Below are positions 34,600 through 43,092 of a stretch of DNA of 61,754 nucleotides, piece after piece (within the stretch, counting starts at the first letter, position 1; every line of letters starts with the position of its first letter). A program made the translations under genes and the position numbers. The stretch covers positions 1-61,754 of the forward strand of contig JACRGO010000042.1 of NCBI GenBank assembly GCA_016212295.1, in the 5' to 3' direction. Source of the stretch: Nitrospinota bacterium. Its GTDB lineage: Bacteria > Nitrospinota > Nitrospinia > JACRGO01. The notes beneath the pieces were generated by a model. The model was not told the origin of the DNA and did no database searches. It worked only from the letters and a program-made list of their open reading frames with translations.

Positions 34600-37163
34600 A
34601 CACCGGCACCAAGCGCCGCATCGACACCGCCCGCGACATCCTGGTGGGGAAGGTCCCCGACCCCAAGTCCCAGGTCGAACAGATCACCATCGCCCTCATC
34701 TATAAGTTCATGGACGACATGGACGCCGAGAGCGAGGAGATGGGCGGCAAGCGCAAATTCTTCGCCAAGGAATTCGCCCGCTACGGCTGGGCCAAGCTCA
34801 TGCGCTCCGGCCTGGGCGGCCATGAAACCCTCAACCTCTACGCCGAGGCCATCGCCCGGATGCCGGAGAACCCCGGCATTCCGCCTCTCTTCCGCGACAT
34901 CTTCAAGAACGCCTATCTCCCTTACCGCGACCCGGAGACCCTGCGCGCCTTCCTTAAGATCATTGACGAGTTTACCTACGACCATAGCGAACGCCTGGGC
35001 GACGCCTTCGAGTATCTGCTCTCCGTCCTTGGCTCCCAGGGCGACGCAGGACAATTCCGCACCCCGCGCCACATCATCGATTTTATCGTGGAGGCCATCG
35101 ACCCGAAAAAGAACGAGTCCGTGCTGGACCCCGCCTGCGGCACCGCAGGGTTCCTGATCTCGGCGTACAAACACATCCTGAAGAACAATTCGGAAGAATT
35201 ACGAATGACAAATGACAAATTACGAATTGAAAACAATGGTTCCCCACCATCCGTAATTCGTAATTCTCAATTCGTAACTAATCTCACGCCCGACGACAAG
35301 GGACGTCTGGCAAAAAACTTCAAGGGTTACGACATCTCTCCCGACATGGTGCGCCTCTCCCTGGTGAACCTGTACCTACACGGCTTTACCGACCCGCACA
35401 TTTACGAATACGACACCCTCACTTCGCAGGAGAAATGGAACGAGTGCGCGGACGTGGTCCTGGCCAACCCGCCCTTTATGTCGCCGAAGGGCGGCATCAA
35501 GCCCCACAATCGTTTTTCCGTGCAGTCGAAGCGGAGCGAGGTCCTCTTCGTGGACTACATGGCCGAGCACCTGACGCCAAAGGGCAGGGCCGGGATCATT
35601 GTCCCGGAGGGGATTATCTTCACGAACCATACCGCCTACAAGCAACTGCGCAAGATGCTAATGGAGAATTCCCTCGTGGCCGTGGTCTCGCTCCCGGCTG
35701 GGGTGTTTAATCCCTATTCTCCAGTAAAGACCTCGATCCTGATTCTGGACAAGGTTCTTGCCAAACGAAGTGACTCCATCGCCTTCTTCAAGGTGGAAAA
35801 CGACGGCTTCGGCCTCGGCGCCCAACGCCGCCCCATCGAGAAGAACGACCTCCCCGCCGCTACCAATTTTCTCAAATCCTGGTTCCAGTCCCTTCGATCC
35901 ACCGCGTCCACTCTGTCCACTTTGTCCATACCCAACGGCCTCATTGTGGAAAAGGCAAAAATAGCGGCGAATGGGGAATATAACCTGAGCGGGGAGAGAT
36001 ATAGGGAGAATGGGGTTCTTGATCATGTCTTTCCACTGGTCAGGATAGGAGATGTATGCACTATCAACCCGCGTAAAAGCCAGTTGACCGATGTGGCGAC
36101 GGATACTCGCATTTCGTTTGTGCCCATGACCGATCTGAACGAACACTGCATGGCATTCAAACCCAGAGAAGAGAAACGACTTTCTGAGGTAGGGGCAAGC
36201 TACACTTACTTTGAGGACAATGATGTTCTTCTCGCTAAGGTGACCCCATGTTTTGAGAACGGAAAAGCTGGCATAGCACGTGGTCTTCTCAACGGAATTG
36301 GATTCGGTTCCAGCGAGTTTTATGTCTTACGGCCGAACGATCTGGTTTTGCCTGAGTGGATCTACTTCTGCGTGATGCACCCATCGTTCAGAGATGCCGC
36401 CGTCGCCCAAATGACCGGCACCGGTGGATTACAACGTGTTCCTAAAAGTTATGTGGAAGGATTTCAAATCCCCCTCCCCCCTCTGGAGGTGCAAAAGGAA
36501 ATCGTTTCAGAGATCGAGGGCTACCAGAAGGTCATCGACGGCGCCCGCGCCGTCCTCGACAACTACCGCCCCCACATCCCCATCCATCTTGAATGGCCGA
36601 TGGTGGAGTTGGGCGAGGTGTGCTTTTTATTTGGCGGTGGAACACCTTCGAAGCAAAGAAAGGAATATTGGAGTGGTGGAAAAATAAAATGGATATCTTC
36701 TAAACACATTAATGAAGAAGGTAAAATTACTGGTTATGAAACAATAACCAAGGAAGCTGTGAATTCTTCTTCTACCAAAGTTATTCCAAAAGGTTCGACA
36801 GTTGCGATTACAAGGGTGTCCGTCGGTAAAATTGCGTTTGCCGATGATGATTATGCAATTAATCAAGACTTAACTGGGCTTACTTCAAAAAACACAGCCC
36901 AATTGAATGAAAGTTTTTTATTTTACTCAACAAGACGATTGGGTGCGGTAATTGACAAAAATGCTCAAGGAATAGGGGTAAGAGGAGTCACAAGAGATTT
37001 TCTTTCCAAATTGAAAATCCCCCTCCCGCCCCTCGCCACGCAGAAAGCCATCGTCGCCGAGATCGAAGCAGAGCAGGCGATAGTTTCGGCCAACCGCGAA
37101 CTCATCTCCCGCTTCGAGAAAAAAATTCAAACCACTCTCGCCAGAGTATGGGAGGAGTCATGA
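34593..37163 (+). CDS. fused type I N6-adenine DNA methyltransferase (HsdM) and specificity subunit (HsdS, two TRDs)
   Basis: Motif I LDPACGTAGFL and motif IV VLANPPFMSPKGG. These are followed by two target-recognition domains separated by HsdS conserved repeats (IPLPPLEVQKEIVSEIEGYQKVID and IPLPPLATQKAIVAEIEAEQAIVS). The ATG overlaps the preceding stop. Confidence 0.85.
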   Translation: MLDTGTKRRIDTARDILVGKVPDPKSQVEQITIALIYKFMDDMDAESEEMGGKRKFFAKEFARYGWAKLMRSGLGGHETLNLYAEAIARMPENPGIPPLFRDIFKNAYLPYRDPETLRAFLKIIDEFTYDHSERLGDAFEYLLSVLGSQGDAGQFRTPRHIIDFIVEAIDPKKNESVLDPACGTAGFLISAYKHILKNNSEELRMTNDKLRIENNGSPPSVIRNSQFVTNLTPDDKGRLAKNFKGYDISPDMVRLSLVNLYLHGFTDPHIYEYDTLTSQEKWNECADVVLANPPFMSPKGGIKPHNRFSVQSKRSEVLFVDYMAEHLTPKGRAGIIVPEGIIFTNHTAYKQLRKMLMENSLVAVVSLPAGVFNPYSPVKTSILILDKVLAKRSDSIAFFKVENDGFGLGAQRRPIEKNDLPAATNFLKSWFQSLRSTASTLSTLSIPNGLIVEKAKIAANGEYNLSGERYRENGVLDHVFPLVRIGDVCTINPRKSQLTDVATDTRISFVPMTDLNEHCMAFKPREEKRLSEVGASYTYFEDNDVLLAKVTPCFENGKAGIARGLLNGIGFGSSEFYVLRPNDLVLPEWIYFCVMHPSFRDAAVAQMTGTGGLQRVPKSYVEGFQIPLPPLEVQKEIVSEIEGYQKVIDGARAVLDNYRPHIPIHLEWPMVELGEVCFLFGGGTPSKQRKEYWSGGKIKWISSKHINEEGKITGYETITKEAVNSSSTKVIPKGSTVAITRVSVGKIAFADDDYAINQDLTGLTSKNTAQLNESFLFYSTRRLGAVIDKNAQGIGVRGVTRDFLSKLKIPLPPLATQKAIVAEIEAEQAIVSANRELISRFEKKIQTTLARVWEES
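35196..35278. repeat. in-CDS word-hairpin (ATTACGAAT/GACAAAT words) inside hsdM
   Basis: GAATTACGAATGACAAATGACAAATTACGAATTG (35196-35229) versus CCGTAATTCGTAATTCTCAATTCGTAAC (35251-35278). Core stem AATTACGAATT / AATTCGTAATT. It encodes ELRMTNDKLRIENNGSPPSVIRNSQFVTN between MTase motifs I and IV. Confidence 0.8.
35896..35929. repeat. in-CDS GTCCAC-word half element
   Basis: GATCCACCGCGTCCACTCTGTCCACTTTGTCCAT encodes STASTLSTLS at the HsdM/HsdS junction. A related half copy lies at 34549-34575. Confidence 0.6.
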
Positions 37164-39457
37164 TTACGAAAATCAAACGACTTAAAAACATTGGAAAATT
37201 TTATGACTTTTCGGCACAGGCAAACGCCCTCGACTGGCATAAGAACACATTTGTTTTAGCCCCTAATGCTTATGGTAAAACAACCCTTGTCAATGTTCTT
37301 CGCTCGCTCTGTGATAATAACCCAAAGTTGATCCGCGCCCGAAAAACCCTGGGCTCAACCACCGAACCTGAAGCGATAATTGTGATTGACAGCGCGAACT
37401 ACGTTTTCAATGGCACAAGATGGGATCAGCCATATCCAGCGATTCAGATTTTCGACGCGCCCTTCATTCACGCCAATATCCTTACGCACGAAATCGGCCA
37501 TGAGCACAAGAAGAACATCCATAAAATCATCATCGGCGCGGAAGGGGTCAAGCTGGCCGATGAGCTTTCAAACCTGAAAGCGAAGGAAAAGGCGAAGAGC
37601 CAGGAAGTTGTAAATCTTGCCAAACAGTTCACTCTGGGAGGGTTCATCACCTTGTCGTTCGATGCATTCCTTGCTCTTCATCCCAACGAGGAAGCAGCCG
37701 TTGGCCCGCGCATTCAACAACTGGAACAAGACATCAAGTTGAAACAATCAGAGGGGGCCGTTCAAGGACTTGACTTCCCTCGTACAATCGAGGCCCCGGC
37801 GTTCGATTCAACCGGCATGAAGGCGACTGTCGCCAAGAAGTTGACCGCCACGCATGAAACCGCTGAAAAGCGTATGCTTGAACATATTGACTGGAACTTC
37901 AAAGACAAGGCTCACGCAAAGCAATTTATCCGCCTAGGCCTTGACCATGCACAGGCGAATTGCCCTTTTTGCGGGCAAGACCTCAAAAACGCTACGGACC
38001 TGTTAAAGGCATACAGGGAATTTTTCGACGATGCATTCCGGACGTACCAGCAAAGTATTGTCCAACAGCTCGCCGCGGTGAGTGGGTGGAATATCGATAA
38101 CGACCTCACTGCCTTGGTTTCAGCGCACAATTTAAACCTTGCTACGTTGAGACAGTGGGAGCCTTACCTCGGCACAATTGCGTTACCGGATGTCGTCACA
38201 GCAGTTGACTCATGCCGATCCAGATTAGTTGAGTTGAAAGGCAAGATTCAATCCGAACTGGAGAAGAAGCAGAAAGACCCCAATACCGACGCAGACCAGT
38301 CGCAATTCGACGCTCTTACCACTGAACTTGCCTGGTTGAAGACTGCTGTCGAGGGGTACAACGCCGCAGTGTCCTCTTTTATCGAGAAAGCCAAACAGTA
38401 CATTGCCAATCTCCCGAAGTCGGACATTACTTCACTCCAAGGTGCATTGGCTAAAGAGAAAGAAATAAAAAAATGGTTTGAGCCCGGATGGAAAAGATTG
38501 GCTACCGATTACCCAGCGACAAAGAAGGAGGCTGATGCTCTCATCAACCAAAAGAATGCGAAACAGAAAGAACTTGAGACATACGGTAAGGCCATTTTCG
38601 ATACTTATCAGAAGCGGATCAATGAATTACTCGTGACATTAGGAACCGACTTTATCATCACAGGTTTGGCCGGGAAGACAGATGCACGGGCAAATGAAAG
38701 TTACACCGATTTCGGTTTCCTCATTCTGAAACAAACAGTTCCGCTGGCAACTCGCCAGGATGATGTGCCTTGTTTCAAAAACACGCTCAGCGAAGGCGAC
38801 AAGAGCACTCTTGCTTTTGCTTTTTTTATCGCAATGCTGGAGAAGACCCCGGAACTTGAAAAACAAATCGTCGTCCTCGATGACCCGCTTTCCAGTCTGG
38901 ATGAAACACAGAGGGAGGCAACCGCCCGATTACTATTGGCCTTATCACCTGCCGTGAAACAGATTACAGTATTCACACATAAACGGGACTTTCTGTATAT
39001 GCTTTGCGATAAGATACCAGAAAACCAAGTCCTACAGATCCGTTCGGACAAAAAAAGCGGTAGCCGATTTGAGTTTTTCAACTTGGAGGAAGAGCGCAAA
39101 AGTGATCATGCCCGTATAATCGAGGATATGGAGCGCTATATTGATGAAGATTTTGGTCCAACTACCGATTCGATGCAAGGCAATATTCGGAAGCTTTTTG
39201 AAGTTGTTCTCAAAACCAAGTACTACAGCACCCTTGCCGTGGACATAAAGGCCAATCGTGGTTTATCATCCCTTTTAACCACTCTTTTCAATGCCGGGCT
39301 TCTGGATACTACCTTGAAACCACGCTTGTTTGACCTGTGTTCAGTGGCAAATGGCCCTCATCACGGTGAAATAGTTGATGCAACTCCAAGGAGGCTCAGC
39401 AGAGATGAACTTATCTCTTTAATACGGGAAGCCCTTGATCTTGTGCAAAAAGTCTAA
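37160..39457 (+). CDS. rloC: RloC-like AAA_13 (PrrC/RloC family) ATPase with coiled-coil zinc hook; candidate anticodon nuclease
   Basis: IKRLKNIGKFY start, Walker A APNAYGKTT, and a long coiled-coil insert containing CPFCGQ (37961-37975). ABC signature LSEGDKSTLAFAF, Walker B IVVLDDPLSSLD, H-loop VFTH. The C-terminal region has RKLFE and GPHHGE. The ATGA start overlaps the hsdMS stop, and a GGAGGAG ribosome-binding site lies upstream. Confidence 0.65.
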   Translation: MITKIKRLKNIGKFYDFSAQANALDWHKNTFVLAPNAYGKTTLVNVLRSLCDNNPKLIRARKTLGSTTEPEAIIVIDSANYVFNGTRWDQPYPAIQIFDAPFIHANILTHEIGHEHKKNIHKIIIGAEGVKLADELSNLKAKEKAKSQEVVNLAKQFTLGGFITLSFDAFLALHPNEEAAVGPRIQQLEQDIKLKQSEGAVQGLDFPRTIEAPAFDSTGMKATVAKKLTATHETAEKRMLEHIDWNFKDKAHAKQFIRLGLDHAQANCPFCGQDLKNATDLLKAYREFFDDAFRTYQQSIVQQLAAVSGWNIDNDLTALVSAHNLNLATLRQWEPYLGTIALPDVVTAVDSCRSRLVELKGKIQSELEKKQKDPNTDADQSQFDALTTELAWLKTAVEGYNAAVSSFIEKAKQYIANLPKSDITSLQGALAKEKEIKKWFEPGWKRLATDYPATKKEADALINQKNAKQKELETYGKAIFDTYQKRINELLVTLGTDFIITGLAGKTDARANESYTDFGFLILKQTVPLATRQDDVPCFKNTLSEGDKSTLAFAFFIAMLEKTPELEKQIVVLDDPLSSLDETQREATARLLLALSPAVKQITVFTHKRDFLYMLCDKIPENQVLQIRSDKKSGSRFEFFNLEEERKSDHARIIEDMERYIDEDFGPTTDSMQGNIRKLFEVVLKTKYYSTLAVDIKANRGLSSLLTTLFNAGLLDTTLKPRLFDLCSVANGPHHGEIVDATPRRLSRDELISLIREALDLVQKV

Positions 39458-39590
39458 GGGTGAATGCTGTATGGAAAAAGCCATAGAACTTGAAAATCAC
39501 GGGAGGCCATGCGGCGGATATAACCAGACTGCTTCAGCGACTCGTGGGAAAAAACGCCTTGACCCAGGAAGGCCAAGGCTAAAATGTTAC

Positions 39591-39677
39591 GATTTTGTAA
39601 TTTTGGTATTGAAATTTATTTGTTATTTGACAATTGTGATTTGAAATTTTATCCGCGATAATCCGCGTTATCCGCGT
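39591..39677. repeat. family A right module + (ATCCGCG) words
   Basis: GATTTTGTAATTTTGGTATTGAAATTTATTTGTTATTTGACAATTGTGATTTGAAATTTTATCCGCGATAATCCGCGTTATCCGCG. Confidence 0.85.
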
Positions 39678-39685
39678 TCTATTTT

Positions 39686-41077
39686 TTATTTTTGGTTCGC
39701 TAAAGGCAATGCGCCCTTGCATGCCCCTACGAAATTTCCCGCCATTCCGGGCTGAGAGCCGAAATGCGCGTGGATATATGACCCCAAGACATTTTTATAC
39801 GAAAACCCTTCCAGCATGTCCCCTTCACCCGCCCTTTTTGTAACGGAATATTTCATATGTACAGGCGCGGGCTCGTTTTCAATTGTGGAGTAATGGAACT
39901 CGTGTCCACGGAAAACCATTCCCTCCTCTCCCAGGATGGAATCTTCCAGAAGTCTGGCTTCCACGTACCCAAGGGCCTTCCTCTTTTCCAGCATTCCGCA
40001 TTGAAAGGGGAAAACGCCGGCCATTGGAAAGCAGTTTCCATCCGTCAATTGGATGGACCGTGACAAATACATAAGGCCCCCGCATTCAGCGTACACTGGT
40101 TTTCCCTCTTCCGCGAATTCCAGCACCGCATTCCGCATGGGCCCGTTGGAGGCGAGCCGGTCCGCGAAGATCTCCGGATATCCGCCGCCAAGATAAATCC
40201 CGCCAAGGTCCTCCGGGAGCTTCTGGTCCCTGATAGGCGAAAAGAAGATTAATTCAGCCCCTGCCTCCTCCAACAGCCGGAAGTTTTCTTCATAATAAAA
40301 GCTGAATGCCTCATCGCGGGCCACTCCGATTCTGCACCGCTTTTTCTTCCTGGAACCAGCCTTGGAATTTAGCTTTTGGACAGGCGGGGCATTGATTTTC
40401 CCGGAAGCATCGAGTATGGCGTCCAGGTCAACATGCTTTTCTATTTGAGACGCCAAGGACTTCAGCGCTCCCTGGTTCAAGGCCCCTTCCGTAGCTGGAT
40501 GCAGGCCCAAATATCTTTCCGGCAGCCGAAGGGATTCGTCCTTGAGAAGTCCGCCGAAAACGGGCAGTCCGATGTTTCCGGCCACCGCCTCCCTCAGCAG
40601 GCCCAAATGCCGCTCGCTTCCTAAGTTGTTAAAAAGAACCCCGGCGAATTTTACTCTTTTATCAAAGGACATGAAGCCTTTCAGCACGGCGCACGCGGAC
40701 CGTCCCATGCCCCTGGCGTTCACCACCAGTATCACCGGGGCGTCCAGCCATTTCGCGATCTGGGCGGAGCTCCCATCCTCGGAATGGGCGCCGAACCCGT
40801 CGTACAGACCCATCACCCCTTCGATGATGGAAATATCCGCGTCCAGTGACGCGTCCAGGAACAGCCGGCGGACATATCTTTTGTCCGTCATCCAGCCGTC
40901 CAGGTTATGCGCCGCCCTTCCGGTGATCTGGCGGTAATAGGTGGGATCAAGAAAATCCGGCCCCACTTTAAATCCCTGGACCCTCATTCCCCTTTTCACC
41001 AGGGCCGCCATGAGGCCGATGGTTCCAGTGGTCTTGCCAGCTCCTGATTGCGCTCCGGCGATTAGAATTTTTTTCAC
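39686..41077 (-). CDS. cbiA: cobyrinate a,c-diamide synthase
   Basis: P-loop GAQSGAGKTTGTIGL and a C-terminal glutamine amidotransferase region with YAECGGLMYL. GTG start. Confidence 0.9.
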   Translation of the reverse strand: MKKILIAGAQSGAGKTTGTIGLMAALVKRGMRVQGFKVGPDFLDPTYYRQITGRAAHNLDGWMTDKRYVRRLFLDASLDADISIIEGVMGLYDGFGAHSEDGSSAQIAKWLDAPVILVVNARGMGRSACAVLKGFMSFDKRVKFAGVLFNNLGSERHLGLLREAVAGNIGLPVFGGLLKDESLRLPERYLGLHPATEGALNQGALKSLASQIEKHVDLDAILDASGKINAPPVQKLNSKAGSRKKKRCRIGVARDEAFSFYYEENFRLLEEAGAELIFFSPIRDQKLPEDLGGIYLGGGYPEIFADRLASNGPMRNAVLEFAEEGKPVYAECGGLMYLSRSIQLTDGNCFPMAGVFPFQCGMLEKRKALGYVEARLLEDSILGEEGMVFRGHEFHYSTIENEPAPVHMKYSVTKRAGEGDMLEGFSYKNVLGSYIHAHFGSQPGMAGNFVGACKGALPLANQK

Positions 41078-41195
41078 GGAAAATGAATACGGCTAAAGGT
41101 TTATAATTGGCATGACAGCCATTATGCTTCAAAGCGCTTTATGGCGGCGCTTTCCAGTCCATATCCACCCACTTAAGAACTTAAAATATAAATAA

Positions 41196-41265
41196 TGAAT
41201 GCGGGAAACCAGGAAAAAACGGAAAGGCATAAAAACCATAAAAATTTTTCTTGCCTTCCTTAGAA
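41196..41265. repeat. family D partial copy
   Basis: AATGAATGCGGGAAACCAGG and AAATTTTTCTTGCCTTCCTTAGAAAA match 19594-19612 and 19558-19583. Confidence 0.65.
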
Positions 41266-41309
41266 AAAAGATTATTGCAAACAAAAATTTTAACTATCCT
41301 TGGCTAGGC

Positions 41310-42218
41310 CTAACTCTTTTTTTTCATCTCAAAAGGAGGGGTGAATACAGGCTCAAGAAATGGAATGTACGGATTTTTTTTTCTACGGCGCCTTTGTTCC
41401 ATGATCATGGGAAGGTCCAGGATGTTTCTCCAATAGGATTTCAACAATGCCACGGCCAACCCTTCCCGGAATGAATTGAAAAAAATCAGCGCAAGCCCAG
41501 GCGCGTACCGGACCAACTGGAACATATTCAAATTAATTAACATGCTGCGCAGCCTGTGAGTATTGGCCAGTAAATATGTTTTTTCTTTTCCAAGGTTGGC
41601 CTTGGAAGTTACGGAATGGTAGTGCGCGATCAGACATCTGGCGGAACGCATTATTTTATACCCCTTGCTCCTCGCCCTGTAGTTCCAGTCCATCTCTTCT
41701 CCGTAAATCGGGGAAAAATGCTCGGCGTCAAGGTAGCCGATTTCCTCAATGGTTTTTTTTCTCAACACCCACGCCACCGGGACGGTCATGACGGTCCTGT
41801 CCCTTCTCCCCTTCAGCTTTCGCAAGGCATGGGGATCATCGAGCTGTTCCTTGTTTATCTCCGTGCAACCCGCAAGGGCTATTTTAGGATCGGATTCAAG
41901 GGTTTTCAGCGCCTCCTCGATCCATCCCTCCGTGACTTCAGTATCGTTATTCAGATGAAAAAGATAATGGCCCCTTCCTTCACGATACCCTTGATTCACC
42001 CCATAGGCGAACCCCTTGTTGAATTCATTTTTAAGAAGATGAATTTGAGGGAATTCCGCCTTTAACCTTTCAGCGCTGCCGTCCGTGGAACCGTTATCTA
42101 TTAAAAGAATTTCATAATTCGGATAAACTGTGTTTTTTTCCACTGACCGCAGGCAGTCCCTAGTTATTTCGTATCCGTTCAAATTCAAGATAATTATGGA
42201 GACTAATTTATTTTCCAT
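41310..42218 (-). CDS. family 2 glycosyltransferase
   Basis: VSIIILNLNGYEITRDCLRSV...ILLIDNGSTDGS and a DXD-like NNDTEV. Confidence 0.8.
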   Translation of the reverse strand: MENKLVSIIILNLNGYEITRDCLRSVEKNTVYPNYEILLIDNGSTDGSAERLKAEFPQIHLLKNEFNKGFAYGVNQGYREGRGHYLFHLNNDTEVTEGWIEEALKTLESDPKIALAGCTEINKEQLDDPHALRKLKGRRDRTVMTVPVAWVLRKKTIEEIGYLDAEHFSPIYGEEMDWNYRARSKGYKIMRSARCLIAHYHSVTSKANLGKEKTYLLANTHRLRSMLINLNMFQLVRYAPGLALIFFNSFREGLAVALLKSYWRNILDLPMIMEQRRRRKKNPYIPFLEPVFTPPFEMKKKS

Positions 42219-42334
42219 AGCGCGCGTGGCCTATTAATTTTTAAAATTAAAATTTTATCACATTTTATTTTATCAATGCCTGTTTTCAGCCTCACCCAGT
42301 CGCAGTATTGCATTTTGGTCAAGATTATGGAAAA

Positions 42335-42949
42335 ATGTATTCCAAAAAATTAACGCGGAGAAAAAAATTGGGAAAAAAGAAAGCTAAAAAAACGGCACGG
42401 AAGGCCGCGAAAGCAGGCAAGGCAAGCAAACCAGCAAAATCACCGAAACCAAAAAAGGTAGAAGGCATCAGCAGGATAGAGCCATCGGACGGAAAAACCA
42501 AGGGGTGGTATGTCCGCGTCTATTACAAAGGAAAGACCTGTTCCAGCAAATTTTTCAGCGATAAAAAATTCGGTGGAAAGAGCAAGGCGTTGGCCGCCTC
42601 AAAGGAATTCCGTGAAAAAGAGATTGAGGCATTGAAGAAAAAACACCCTGATTATGACCAGGCTTGCAGAAGAAGGGTCAAAACCACCCACAGCAACACG
42701 GGAGTCCTGGGGGTTTCCCGTGTGGAATATTATGATAAAAGGCGAAACAAGTATTATGATTGTTTTTCGGTTTCCTGGAGGCCGGAACCCGGCAAGGCCA
42801 AGGTCACTAAATTTTCCGTGAATAAATACGGGGAAAAGCTTGCCTTCAAAAAAGCCTGCGCCCTCAGGAAGTCAAAAGAAGGGGAGATTTACGGCCCTGA
42901 AAAAGCAGGCAGAAAAAAACGGCAGCCGAAGGCCCTGAAAAAAAGATAA
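42335..42949 (+). CDS. Lys-rich protein with two AP2-like DNA-binding repeats
   Basis: GISRIEPSDGKTKGWYVRVYYKGKTCSSKFF...KALAASKEFR and GVLGVSRVEYYDKRRNKYYDCFSVSW...GEKLAFKKACALRK resemble AP2/integrase-type domains. Basic KK-rich N-terminus. I chose the ATG at 42335. Confidence 0.5.
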   Translation: MYSKKLTRRKKLGKKKAKKTARKAAKAGKASKPAKSPKPKKVEGISRIEPSDGKTKGWYVRVYYKGKTCSSKFFSDKKFGGKSKALAASKEFREKEIEALKKKHPDYDQACRRRVKTTHSNTGVLGVSRVEYYDKRRNKYYDCFSVSWRPEPGKAKVTKFSVNKYGEKLAFKKACALRKSKEGEIYGPEKAGRKKRQPKALKKR

Positions 42950-42954
42950 TAATT

Positions 42955-43067
42955 CACCGCAAAGACGCAAAGGCCGCAAAGTTTTAATTTTTTGAAGAAG
43001 AATGCCGCCATCAGGGCTTTTTTATAATTTGCTGATTTTCCTTTGCGTTCTTTGCGTCTTTGCGGTG
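42955..43067. repeat. word-hairpin element, family C (CAAAGACGCAAAG words)
   Basis: CACCGCAAAGACGCAAAGGCCGCAAAG (42955-42981) versus CCTTTGCGTTCTTTGCGTCTTTGCGGTG (43040-43067). Confidence 0.85.
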
Positions 43068-43092
43068 GGGCTGAACTAATACGGAAAAAGTA

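Noticed and set aside
39435-39644. 69-aa ORF downstream of rloC.
   Set aside because: It overlaps the rloC stop and runs into the family A repeat (its C-terminus FVILVLKFICYLTIVI is repeat-encoded). There is no ribosome-binding site and no recognisable family.
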